Shown here in pieces: positions 16,694 through 26,000 of a stretch of 64,000 bases of DNA. The stretch's first letter is position 1; each line of letters begins with the position of its first letter. A program made the position numbers and the translations under genes. Origin of the DNA: an uncultured Bacteroidales bacterium (GTDB taxonomy: Bacteria; Bacteroidota; Bacteroidia; Bacteroidales; FEN-979); contig CAJAUM010000106.1 in the NCBI GenBank assembly GCA_903945175.1, positions 20,335 to 84,334 of the forward strand, given 5' to 3'. Below the pieces are notes generated by a model. The model was not told the origin of the DNA. It saw nothing but the letters and a program-made list of their open reading frames with translations, and made no database searches.

Positions 16694-18007
16694 ATGAACA
16701 AGGCAACCTTATTCCTCGTTGTGTCTTCCCTATTGTTTCCAATCACTTTATGTAGTCAACCATCAAACCTTGGAAGTCTCGTGATTGTGGGAGGAGGACT
16801 TGAACACTCCAACAAGAACATCTTCAACCAACTGATCAATCTCGCCGGCGGAACTGAAAAAGCCTCTTTTGCAATTATTCCTTCTGCCAGTGGAACACCC
16901 ATGCAGTCCTACGTGTATTTCAGGAACATCCTGATATCCTATGGCATTAAACCATCCAACATATACCTGGCTCCGGTGGCTGTGCTGGATGATGACAGCA
17001 CCAAAGATGTGAATGAATCTGAGTGGAAAAACAATGGCAATGATCCGAAGGTAGCAGAACGTGTCAGGCAATGCACTGCCGTGTGGTTTTCGGGTGGTGA
17101 CCAGGCGAGAACAATGAAAACGCTTGTAAGGGCCGGCGGCAGCCGTACTCCCGTTCTGGATGCTGTGTGGGATGTTTACCGTTCCGGAGGTGTCGTTGGT
17201 GGCACCAGCGCCGGCGCAGCGATCATGAGTGAAGCAATGATCGGGGGAGGTACAAGTATCGCAGCCCTGAGTAACGGTGTGATTGAAGATTATACCGGTG
17301 ATGATTTCCCTGAAGAACAGGGCGTCATGGTAACCAAAGGACTTGGTTTTTTCCCTCACGGTTTGGTTGATCAGCATTTCCATGCCAGGGCCCGCATCGG
17401 AAGGCTCACCGTGACGCTGATGCATGAAAAAAAAGTCAATGCCCCTGGATCCATTGAACAACAAGGCCGGGACCTGGGTTTTGGTGTTGATGAAAACACA
17501 GCCCTTGTGTATAGCGGTAAACAAAACAGGATGCATGTCGCAGGAGCTGCTGGCGTTACCATTCTCAATACCTCCGGTGCCAGATTTTTTTATGCTCAAA
17601 AACTACCCGTTATTGAAAACATCTCTCTCAGCTATCTCGAAGAGGGCGATTGCTATGATTTCACAACGGGCATAACCACTCCTGCAGAGGGAAAGAGATC
17701 AACCCGGGGGAAAGAACGATACAAGGAACCTTATACATCGCAGGACGGGGTTTTATCACCGAGCCAGGCCACATTCCGCGACCTCATCACCATTCATCTG
17801 GCTGATAACAAGGCGACAGATACCATTCAAAATATCACATTTGTCAATCCTACTTCAGGATTTCGGGTCACTCTTTTCAAAACACCTTCAACAGAAGGCT
17901 TCTGTACCGAAATGCCCCGGCACGATGATCGTTACACGGTGACCGGTATCAGGATGGATATTACACCGGTTCATATCTCTGCAACTCCAGTGAACAATAA
18001 ATATTAA
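16694..18007 (+). CDS. Cyanophycinase (peptidase S51) with lipoprotein-type signal peptide and about 150-aa C-terminal extension (CphE-like, exported)
   Basis: Signal/lipobox MNKATLFLVVSSLLFPITLC. S51 motifs VIVGGG, WFSGGDQ, nucleophile GGTSAGAAIMS, and VDQHFHARARIGRL. Confidence 0.8.
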   Translation: MNKATLFLVVSSLLFPITLCSQPSNLGSLVIVGGGLEHSNKNIFNQLINLAGGTEKASFAIIPSASGTPMQSYVYFRNILISYGIKPSNIYLAPVAVLDDDSTKDVNESEWKNNGNDPKVAERVRQCTAVWFSGGDQARTMKTLVRAGGSRTPVLDAVWDVYRSGGVVGGTSAGAAIMSEAMIGGGTSIAALSNGVIEDYTGDDFPEEQGVMVTKGLGFFPHGLVDQHFHARARIGRLTVTLMHEKKVNAPGSIEQQGRDLGFGVDENTALVYSGKQNRMHVAGAAGVTILNTSGARFFYAQKLPVIENISLSYLEEGDCYDFTTGITTPAEGKRSTRGKERYKEPYTSQDGVLSPSQATFRDLITIHLADNKATDTIQNITFVNPTSGFRVTLFKTPSTEGFCTEMPRHDDRYTVTGIRMDITPVHISATPVNNKY

Positions 18008-18022
18008 CCCAAGACTACACAT

Positions 18023-20932
18023 ATGAAAAAAACTTATTTTTTGTTGTTTTTGTTTAGTGTGCTGCTTCAGCAACTTTTGGCGCAGGACATTCCTGTTAGC
18101 GGAACGATCATCTCCACTGATGATAATTCTCCGATTCCGGGAGTCACTGTGCTGATAAAAGGGAGCACACAAGGAACTACTTCCGACATTAACGGAAAAT
18201 ACTCGCTTCTGGCGCCTGCCAAAGGAGTGCTGGTATTTTCCTATGTTGGCATGCAGACCCAGGAGATTTCGATAAATAGCAAGAAGGTGATCAATGTAAA
18301 ATTGAGCGACCAGGATATTGCACTTGGCGAGCTGGTTGTTGTGGGGTACAGCACCACCAGTAAGAAGCTGATATCCGGCTCAATTGAACTTTTAAACCAG
18401 GATGAGATTAAAAATATGCCAATCCGCACCCTCGATGGAGTTCTTCAGGGTCAAACTGCCGGACTCACTGTCGTTACACAGTCGGGAACACCCGGTGGTC
18501 AGAACATGATCAAACTCAGGGGGGGGAGTTCCATCAATGCAAGCAATCAGCCCCTGGTTGTCATCGACGGGATACCTGCAATTACCGGCCAATATTCCCA
18601 GGTAGGGATGAGTGGTCAGGAAATCAATGCCATGAGTGACATCAACCCCAATGATATTGAGACCATGACCATTCTGAAAGATGCTTCTGCCACTTCAGTA
18701 TATGGTGCACGTGCTTCTAACGGAGTTATCCTGATCACTACCAAGAAGGGAACCCGTGATAAGACAGATGTGTCGCTGAACCTTAGCTACGGATGGCAAA
18801 CCCTGCCTAAAGAGCGCATGATCCCCATGATGAGCGCCTCGGACTGGAATGCCTACAAAGGGACCAATGTCCAGGGAATCAATACCGACTGGATGCAGGA
18901 AATTTTGGTGACGGCTCCGACAGCAAACACAGAACTATCTGTCAGCAGCGGAAATGACAAATACAGGCTTTTCATCTCCGGAAACTATTATGACCAGGGT
19001 GGCGTGGTGATGGGTACTTCATATCAGCGTTACAGCGGCCGCATCAACTCGGATTATAAGATCCTCCCCAACCTTACCATCGGAGGCGGTGTAGGTATTA
19101 CCTATTCGAAAAACGCCAGGGTGGAGGGCGACGCAACCCTGAACGGTCCATTGCCCAATGCGATGTCGATACCGGCCATTTACCCTGTTTATGATGCAAA
19201 TGGCAAATATGATGAGAGCATGTTTTATGCAAACCCCGTTGCCATTGCCAATAATTCGATAAACAATGCATATACCAACAGAACCAACGGAAATGCCTAT
19301 GTCGAATATAAATTTTTGCAAGGCTTTACATTCACATCCAAATTCGGGATCGATATATACAATCTCAGGGAACACAGTTATGATCCCACAACCACACGCC
19401 AGGGTAAAAAGTACAACGGCCTGGGTATCGAAGGAACCAGTTATGCCAGCAACCTCACTACCAACAACGTACTCCAGTATATCAATGAATTTAAAGAAAA
19501 ACACAACATTGATATTCTGATCGGCCACAGTTTTGAGAAATATGCAAGCCGGACTACCTACATTGAAGGCATCAATTTCCCAAATGACAACCTCCAATAT
19601 ATGACCTCGGCAGGCACCATCCGAGCCGCTTCCGCAACTGCCCTCAACCGGGTTATGAATTCTTACTTCGGACAATTCAAATACAATTACAAATACAAAT
19701 ACATCTTCACCCTGACCGCACGTGCCGACGGTTCCTCAAAATTTGGCACAAATAACAAGTACGGTTATTTCCCCGCAGGTTCATTTGCCTGGCGAATGTC
19801 GGAAGAGCCGTTTCTCAAGAAGGTTAAATGGATCAATGAGCTGAAAATCAGAGCCATTTATGGACTTACCGGGAATGACGGCATTGGTGATTTTGCCTCT
19901 CTTGGTCTTTATGGCGCAGGATACAATTACGGGGGCGGTTCAGGGATCGCACCCACTCAATTGCCCAATCCTGACCTGAAATGGGAGACAACTACGCAAA
20001 CCGGACTGGGTTTTGATGTCTCGTTGTTCAAAAACAGGATTAGCCTCAGTTTTGATCTCTATTACAATCACACCAAAGACCTTCTTCTTGAGAGACCAAT
20101 CCCCAGTTCATCCGGTTTCTATCTCATCTCCTCCAATATCGGGCAACTTCAGAACAAGGGGCTTGAAGTGGTGCTGAACACGGTGAATATCGACAAGGCA
20201 TTTGTCTGGACCACCTCTCTCAATTTTGCCATGAACCGCAACAAGGTGCTGAGCCTTTATGAAGATCAGCCGATTGACGATATGGGCCGCGGGGGAAACC
20301 GTGTTGAAGTAGGCCAGCCAATTGGTATCTTTTACGGACTTAATTGTTTGGGTGTTGACCCGACGACGGGGAACCTGGTCTATGAAGATGTCAATCATGA
20401 TGGCATTATCACCTCTGCTGATCGCATCAAAACAGGCGATCCGAATCCCGATTTCACAGCTGGATTTACAAATGTGTTCAGTTATAAAAATTTCGAACTC
20501 ACTGTTTTTCTTCAGGCAGTATATGGGAACGAAATTTTCAATGGAACACTGATCTACCTCGAATCGGGTACCGGCGAAGATAACCAGACAGCACGTATGA
20601 ACGGCCGGTGGCAAAAACCGGGCGATATTACACAATTTCCGAAGGCCGGTGATTCATATAAATCATCAAGGTTTATTGAAGATGGCTCTTTCCTCAGGGT
20701 GAAGAATATTACACTGAGTTATAATTTTAAGAAAGAGTGGATCAAAAAAATCGGCATGAAATCGGCGAAAGTATACGGCACTGTCCAAAACTTATTCACC
20801 TTCACCAATTATACAGGCATGGACCCAGAGGTTAATTATTATGGGGGTTCCAGCAACATCATCATCGGGACCGATTTCTTCACTTACCCGCAATCACGTA
20901 CCATCCTGGTTGGTTTGAGTTTTGTTTTTTAA
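18023..20932 (+). CDS. SusC/RagA-family TonB-dependent outer-membrane transporter
   Basis: Signal peptide, a carboxypeptidase-regulatory-like N-domain (VSGTIISTDDNSPIPGVTVLIKGS...NGKYSL), a plug (VVVGYST...LQGQTAGL) and a terminal aromatic ...LVGLSFVF. It starts 15 bp after the cyanophycinase stop. Confidence 0.9.
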   Translation: MKKTYFLLFLFSVLLQQLLAQDIPVSGTIISTDDNSPIPGVTVLIKGSTQGTTSDINGKYSLLAPAKGVLVFSYVGMQTQEISINSKKVINVKLSDQDIALGELVVVGYSTTSKKLISGSIELLNQDEIKNMPIRTLDGVLQGQTAGLTVVTQSGTPGGQNMIKLRGGSSINASNQPLVVIDGIPAITGQYSQVGMSGQEINAMSDINPNDIETMTILKDASATSVYGARASNGVILITTKKGTRDKTDVSLNLSYGWQTLPKERMIPMMSASDWNAYKGTNVQGINTDWMQEILVTAPTANTELSVSSGNDKYRLFISGNYYDQGGVVMGTSYQRYSGRINSDYKILPNLTIGGGVGITYSKNARVEGDATLNGPLPNAMSIPAIYPVYDANGKYDESMFYANPVAIANNSINNAYTNRTNGNAYVEYKFLQGFTFTSKFGIDIYNLREHSYDPTTTRQGKKYNGLGIEGTSYASNLTTNNVLQYINEFKEKHNIDILIGHSFEKYASRTTYIEGINFPNDNLQYMTSAGTIRAASATALNRVMNSYFGQFKYNYKYKYIFTLTARADGSSKFGTNNKYGYFPAGSFAWRMSEEPFLKKVKWINELKIRAIYGLTGNDGIGDFASLGLYGAGYNYGGGSGIAPTQLPNPDLKWETTTQTGLGFDVSLFKNRISLSFDLYYNHTKDLLLERPIPSSSGFYLISSNIGQLQNKGLEVVLNTVNIDKAFVWTTSLNFAMNRNKVLSLYEDQPIDDMGRGGNRVEVGQPIGIFYGLNCLGVDPTTGNLVYEDVNHDGIITSADRIKTGDPNPDFTAGFTNVFSYKNFELTVFLQAVYGNEIFNGTLIYLESGTGEDNQTARMNGRWQKPGDITQFPKAGDSYKSSRFIEDGSFLRVKNITLSYNFKKEWIKKIGMKSAKVYGTVQNLFTFTNYTGMDPEVNYYGGSSNIIIGTDFFTYPQSRTILVGLSFVF

Positions 20933-20950
20933 CTTATAATTCTGAAAAAA

Positions 20951-22285
20951 ATGAAAAAAATATTTTTTATACTGATTGTCCTCACCTTTGCGACAATCTC
21001 CTGCACCAAGATGCTGGATGTACAGCCGACTGCATCGGTCTCTGCTGATAAGGCTATCCAGGATGAATCTGGCGTGGAAAAGGCCATTACAGGAGCCTAT
21101 TATTCCCTGCACGATGTAGGCAATTACGGACGCAACCATGTCATTGTTGAAGATCTTGCCGCGGATAATCTCGTATGGACAGGAACGACGCGTGATTATC
21201 AGCAGGTTGCCGACAATATCATTGCATCGGATAATGCCATTATTGATGGTATATGGACATCCAATTACGATTGCATCAACAGGGTTAACAATGTTCTCGA
21301 ACGCATTGGCGCCATTGATATGGGGAGTGATAAACGGAATTTATATACAGGAGATGGACTGTTTCTGCGTGCTTTATCCCATTTCAACCTGCTATGCTAT
21401 TTCGGGGCAATCCCAATCAAAACGAAGCCTACCCTCGACCTCAGCAATATAAACCAGGCTCGTAATCCTGTATCAGAAGTTTATAAACAGATCATTGCGG
21501 ACCTTATTCAGGCAGAAAAAATACTACCTGCCTCAAGATCCTTGGGCTGGGCCAGCTCTTTTAGTGCAACTGCCTTACTGGCAAGGGTTTACCTGACACA
21601 ATTTCATTACACCAACGATCCGGCCATCGCTGAGCTTGCTAAAGGAAAGGCTGATGAGGTTATCAATCATGGAGGATTTATTCTTTCTCCGGCCTATGGC
21701 GACCTGTTCAACGGAAATACCACCGAATCCATTTTCGAAGTTATTTTTGATGCCCAGAATTATAACCGCCTCGCCCAGTATTTCTTCCCTGTAAGCCTTA
21801 CCGGCCGATATGAGGTATCTCCTCCCTCCGCATTCGTTCAGAGTTTCCAGGCTACCGACACGGTCAGGTTTGATGCTTCCATTACCTTTGATGAGAAAAA
21901 TCTGCCATACGGTATCAAATACAAGGATTACACATCGGGAACTGACCGCGTTTACGTATTCAGGCTTGCCGAGATGTACATGATCCGTGCAGAGGCGCAG
22001 GCATATACCAACGGGAATATCGAGGAGATCCGCACCGACATTAACACCCTGCGGCTGCGTTCCGGCCTGGTTGCCACAACCGCAAACACCTATGATGAAC
22101 TGAAACTGGCGATTGAAGGTGAACGCCGGCATGAGTTTGCCTTTGAAAGCCAAAGGTGGTCAGACCTTGTAAGAACCAAAAGAGCTACCACCGTAGTGGG
22201 AATTGATGAAAAATACACCCTCTTCCCAATTCCGCTCAGCGAGATGCAAACCAACAATCTGATGACCCAAAATCCCGGTTACTGA
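20951..22285 (+). CDS. SusD/RagB-family outer-membrane lipoprotein
   Basis: Lipobox LTFATISC. It sits immediately downstream of SusC. TPR-like helical N-half and typical C-terminal ...FPIPLSEMQTNNLMTQNPGY. Confidence 0.9.
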   Translation: MKKIFFILIVLTFATISCTKMLDVQPTASVSADKAIQDESGVEKAITGAYYSLHDVGNYGRNHVIVEDLAADNLVWTGTTRDYQQVADNIIASDNAIIDGIWTSNYDCINRVNNVLERIGAIDMGSDKRNLYTGDGLFLRALSHFNLLCYFGAIPIKTKPTLDLSNINQARNPVSEVYKQIIADLIQAEKILPASRSLGWASSFSATALLARVYLTQFHYTNDPAIAELAKGKADEVINHGGFILSPAYGDLFNGNTTESIFEVIFDAQNYNRLAQYFFPVSLTGRYEVSPPSAFVQSFQATDTVRFDASITFDEKNLPYGIKYKDYTSGTDRVYVFRLAEMYMIRAEAQAYTNGNIEEIRTDINTLRLRSGLVATTANTYDELKLAIEGERRHEFAFESQRWSDLVRTKRATTVVGIDEKYTLFPIPLSEMQTNNLMTQNPGY

Positions 22286-22314
22286 TCATTTATCAATCTT
22301 AAATGTAAAAAATT

Positions 22315-23517
22315 ATGAAAAGAAATATTTTATCTCTCATCGCTATCTTGCTCATCCTTACGTTGGGAGCCGGATGCACCAAAAAGGACATGGGAACCCC
22401 TGCTGCCAGCACTGTAGCCAATTTCAGTTTTATTGCTACCAACCAGGGATACGCGCCGTGCGAAGTCCAATTTACCAATCTCTCATTGAATGCTACAGGG
22501 TATTTATGGGATTTTGGCGATGGCAGAACTTCGACAGAATTAAACCCAAAAATCACCTACGATACCGCAGGATTATTTACTGTCAAACTTACATGTACAC
22601 CCGGAGCGGTAGTTTATTACAATCAGGCTGTCAAGAGTATGATTGTGAATGCCAAAGATCCGAATGCCGGGCTGGTCCAGGTATTGTATTATACCACAAG
22701 GGGTGTTCCCGGGAATGGTCATTTGGCGATTCTGCAGGACACACCGCCGCTGAGTCAGGAATTCGAACCACCCATGGACATGAACAGGCCGTATGGTATT
22801 GCTGTTGACACGGCCCATAAAAAAGTGTACATCACCGATTATTCGACCAACGCGATATATCGGTTTGATGCAGATGGCAAAAAAGGATCTAAAATACTGG
22901 ATGGCACAGTTCCGGGACAGGAAATGGTGGTTAGTGCTGAGGCCATTTTTGTTTTGGGTGATAAAATTTACTGGGGCAGTCCGGGTGGAATCTACAAAGC
23001 AAATTTGGATGGCAGCAATCCGGAAACACATATTGCTTTCGGCGCAGGACCACCCGAATTTCCGATCGATATGCAATACGACCCCGCCACCAATAAGATC
23101 TATTTTGTCAACGATAAAACAGATTACACCGGCGGATACTGGTCGGTGAATTTCGATGGAACAGGCATGACAGAAATCATCCCTGATGTTGACGGAACGG
23201 CCATCGAGATGGATTTCAGGAATGGCAAAGCTTACCTGGTCCTCTATGGTTCAGCAGGAACGGTAGCGCCGGAAAACGGTGTATTCATGTGCAACATCGA
23301 TGGCACCAGCTTTACTCGTATCGGCGATTTTGGAGTCAAAGCCACCTGGGGCATTGCCCTCGATACCAAGCGCAATAAACTCTTCTGGGGAATCAAAAAT
23401 TCGAATGCAGATCCCGATGGTAAAATAATCCGGGCTAACCTCGATGGATCAAATCCTGAAGACTGGATTACAAACATTAGTCCGCATGCAATGACTTGTA
23501 CCTGGATTAAGCTGTAA
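22315..23517 (+). CDS. Lipoprotein with PKD domain followed by YWTD/LDL-receptor-class-B-like beta-propeller repeats
   Basis: Lipobox LTLGAGC. PKD signature VQFTNLSLNATGYLWDFGDGRTS...YDTAGLFTVKLT. Repeats: KVYITDYSTNAIYRFDADG, KIYWGSPGGIYKANLDGSNPE, KIYFVNDKTD, KLFWGIKNSNADPDGKIIRANLDGSNPE. Confidence 0.7.
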   Translation: MKRNILSLIAILLILTLGAGCTKKDMGTPAASTVANFSFIATNQGYAPCEVQFTNLSLNATGYLWDFGDGRTSTELNPKITYDTAGLFTVKLTCTPGAVVYYNQAVKSMIVNAKDPNAGLVQVLYYTTRGVPGNGHLAILQDTPPLSQEFEPPMDMNRPYGIAVDTAHKKVYITDYSTNAIYRFDADGKKGSKILDGTVPGQEMVVSAEAIFVLGDKIYWGSPGGIYKANLDGSNPETHIAFGAGPPEFPIDMQYDPATNKIYFVNDKTDYTGGYWSVNFDGTGMTEIIPDVDGTAIEMDFRNGKAYLVLYGSAGTVAPENGVFMCNIDGTSFTRIGDFGVKATWGIALDTKRNKLFWGIKNSNADPDGKIIRANLDGSNPEDWITNISPHAMTCTWIKL

Positions 23518-23523
23518 CATAAA

Positions 23524-23559
23524 GAAGAGGCTGTCCTTTTGAGACAGCCTCTTCTTTTT
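23524..23559. terminator. Bidirectional intrinsic terminator between convergent genes
   Basis: Perfect 12-bp stem GAAGAGGCTGTC / GACAGCCTCTTC (23524-23535 / 23543-23554), 7-nt loop, flanked by AAA upstream and TTTTT downstream. Confidence 0.8.
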
Positions 23560-23590
23560 CCGCATGAGCGCAATAATCTGAAATGGTTGA

Positions 23591-24691
23591 TTATTTGATC
23601 ACAACCATTTTATTTGATTTAATCTGATCATTAAACATCAGTTTACAATAATAGATACCACTGGATAGATCATTTGCATCGAATTGAATGGTGTGAGAAC
23701 CCGGTGTTTGAGTTTCGTTGACCAATGTAGCCACTTCATTTCCCATGGTATTGAAAACCTTTAAACTCACAAATCCGTTGTCCGGAATCTGATAGCCAAT
23801 GGTGGTCGATTGTTTAAATGGATTGGGATGATTTTGGCCAAGGTTAAGCCCTTGTAAAGAAAGTTTATTATCATCGATGGCTGTGATCAATCCCTGGTAC
23901 TTTTCTTCTGCTGCTGCAATGTTTGCCAACATGGCCTGTTCATTTGCGCCAAGTGCAAAAGCATAATATACATTGAAAGATCCTGCCGGAGCAGAGACAA
24001 TGGGCAATTGAGCAGTAATTGTAACCGGACCGTCAGCGGTAGTGGAAACATACCGAGGTTGCAATTCGCCATGATTCATCCAATTCCAGTAACTCGTATC
24101 AACAGGATAAGCATCATACCATTCAAAAGAATAGAGGGATGATAAGGATGTTGACAGGAGTTTAATCCCCATATTTTCCTGACTACCTCTGTGAAAACGA
24201 ACAACGCCAGCTGAACTGTTGTAAGTCACGGTATCAAATCCGTACTCCTGGTTTAATTCAGGAATGATGTCCAAGCCTGCTGAAGCATTCATGGCATCCG
24301 TTTGCATATTCTTGATATTGAATTTGATGATGGTGTAACTCCCGTTGGTCCACCCAAAAGCGTTTAATCTAACCTGTACTGCAGGTGGTAATGATGAGTA
24401 GGAGTTGTCGTAGGCTCCGTAGATTTCAAAATCACTCTTTGTTGGATTACTGACCAGTACTGTTGGTTCCAATTGCTCCGCATCATTGGTGTAATCAAAA
24501 ACAGCTGTTCTTGAGGTTTCAACTAAAATCGATGCCCGTTGTAAATGCCTGACAGCATCAGGAGTATACAGCCGGATTCTGCCGTACTCGTTCACATCAA
24601 CCTCTATTGCTCCCGTGTTAAATGATGCCTGGGAATAACTATTCAAGACGAATAGCATCATGAGAGCATTAAAAAGTAAAATTTTTTTCAT
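23591..24691 (-). CDS. Secreted protein of unknown function with T9SS type-A C-terminal sorting domain
   Basis: Signal MKKILLFNALMMLFVLNSYSQ. The C-terminal about 80 aa are NHPNPFKQSTTIGYQIPDNGFVSLKVFNTMGNEVATLV...LSSGIYYCKLMFNDQIKSNKMVVIK. Confidence 0.7.
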   Translation of the reverse strand: MKKILLFNALMMLFVLNSYSQASFNTGAIEVDVNEYGRIRLYTPDAVRHLQRASILVETSRTAVFDYTNDAEQLEPTVLVSNPTKSDFEIYGAYDNSYSSLPPAVQVRLNAFGWTNGSYTIIKFNIKNMQTDAMNASAGLDIIPELNQEYGFDTVTYNSSAGVVRFHRGSQENMGIKLLSTSLSSLYSFEWYDAYPVDTSYWNWMNHGELQPRYVSTTADGPVTITAQLPIVSAPAGSFNVYYAFALGANEQAMLANIAAAEEKYQGLITAIDDNKLSLQGLNLGQNHPNPFKQSTTIGYQIPDNGFVSLKVFNTMGNEVATLVNETQTPGSHTIQFDANDLSSGIYYCKLMFNDQIKSNKMVVIK

Positions 24692-24840
24692 AGGATTTAG
24701 TTTTTAGTTTGACTTTTATTTATACAAATATATTAATTACTGATCAAAATCAAGTGTTAAAAACAAAAAAAATAATAAATGTTTTCCTGTTTGTTTCAGG
24801 CCATCTGCCTAACTGTTAATCATTCTTTAGCTGGGAGCCA

Positions 24841-25992
24841 TTACGTAATTGAGAGTGCTCTTCTTACAATCTTCTGCCCGTATTTAAGGCGGATCCGGTC
24901 GAGGGCCTGGTACAGGTTGACCATCTCCACATTGTCATCGAACATATTCAGCTGCGGATTTCCCGAGATGAGGTTACTGAAACGCACGCCAATGAGGCGG
25001 ATCAGCATGCGTCGCTGGTAGAGGCGGTCGAAAAGCTCTTTCACCACCGGGATAAGCTGATGATCGAAGGCTGTGTAGGGGACCTGCTTCTGCAGGGTAT
25101 GGGTATCGAAATTCGAATAGCGGATCTTCACCGTGACGCAGGAGGTGAGCTTCTGCTTGTCGCGCAGTTCAAACGAGATTTTTTCCACCATCTTAACCAG
25201 GATCTCTTTCATCCGGATGATGTCGATGCTGTCCTGTTCAAAGGTGGTTTCGGTGCTCACCGATTTGGCCTCATGGTAAGGATAGACCGGTGTGCGGTCG
25301 ATGCCGTTGGCTTTTTCCCAGATTACGATGCCGTTCTTGCCCATCACCCGTTCCATCATGTTGACAGGGATGTGGCTCAGGGTGTCGATCGTAACCACTC
25401 CCATAGAACGGAGCAGCCGGTAGCTCTTCTCCCCGATCATCGGGATCTTGCGGATCGACAGCGGCGCGAGGAAAGGTTGCACCGCATCGCGTTCCACGTA
25501 ACGTTCTCCATTGGGCTTGGCTTCGCCTGTGGCGATCTTTGACACGGTCTTGTTCACCGACAACCCATAGGAAATTGGCAGTCCGGTGTTTTTGATGATA
25601 TTCTCCCTCAGTTCATGGGTCCATTTCTGTAATCCGAAGAAGCGGTCCATCCCGGTAACATCAATATAATGCTCATCGATGGAGGCCTTCTCGTAAACCG
25701 GCGCCTTTTCGGCAATGATATCTGTAACCGCGTGCGAATACTTTGAATAAAGCTCCATATCCCCCCTCACGAGGATTGCATCTCCACACAGCGCCCGCGC
25801 CATCTTCATGGGCATGGCTGAATGGACGCCGAACTTCCGTGCCTCATAGCTGCAACTGGCTACCACGCCGCGGTCGGAGGTGCCGCCGATAATCACCGGC
25901 TTTCCCTTCAGCTCAGGGCGAATAAGGCGCTCAACGGAGACAAAGAAGGTATCCAGATCGAAGTGGACTATGTTGCGGGAAAGGGTCAGCAT
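24841..25992 (-). CDS. dinB: Y-family DNA polymerase IV
   Basis: Catalytic motifs VHFDLDTFFVSVE and ASIDEHYIDVT, followed by little-finger domain length. It sits 8 bp downstream of the ORF6N gene. Confidence 0.85.
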   Translation of the reverse strand: MLTLSRNIVHFDLDTFFVSVERLIRPELKGKPVIIGGTSDRGVVASCSYEARKFGVHSAMPMKMARALCGDAILVRGDMELYSKYSHAVTDIIAEKAPVYEKASIDEHYIDVTGMDRFFGLQKWTHELRENIIKNTGLPISYGLSVNKTVSKIATGEAKPNGERYVERDAVQPFLAPLSIRKIPMIGEKSYRLLRSMGVVTIDTLSHIPVNMMERVMGKNGIVIWEKANGIDRTPVYPYHEAKSVSTETTFEQDSIDIIRMKEILVKMVEKISFELRDKQKLTSCVTVKIRYSNFDTHTLQKQVPYTAFDHQLIPVVKELFDRLYQRRMLIRLIGVRFSNLISGNPQLNMFDDNVEMVNLYQALDRIRLKYGQKIVRRALSIT

Positions 25993-26000
25993 ATAACTAA

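Noticed and set aside
16763-17599. 278-aa minus-strand ORF, along with many other long antisense ORFs in the track (e.g. 9093-9770, 19019-19675, 36168-36941, 51133-51732, 7842-8429, 53730-54209)
   Set aside because: Each lies entirely antisense to a gene with clear family motifs (cyanophycinase, dnaE family, SusC, TPR/recA, rpoD, kinase/dnaE, Usp/GT-C) and has low-complexity or Arg/Cys/His-rich composition. They are treated as shadow ORFs.
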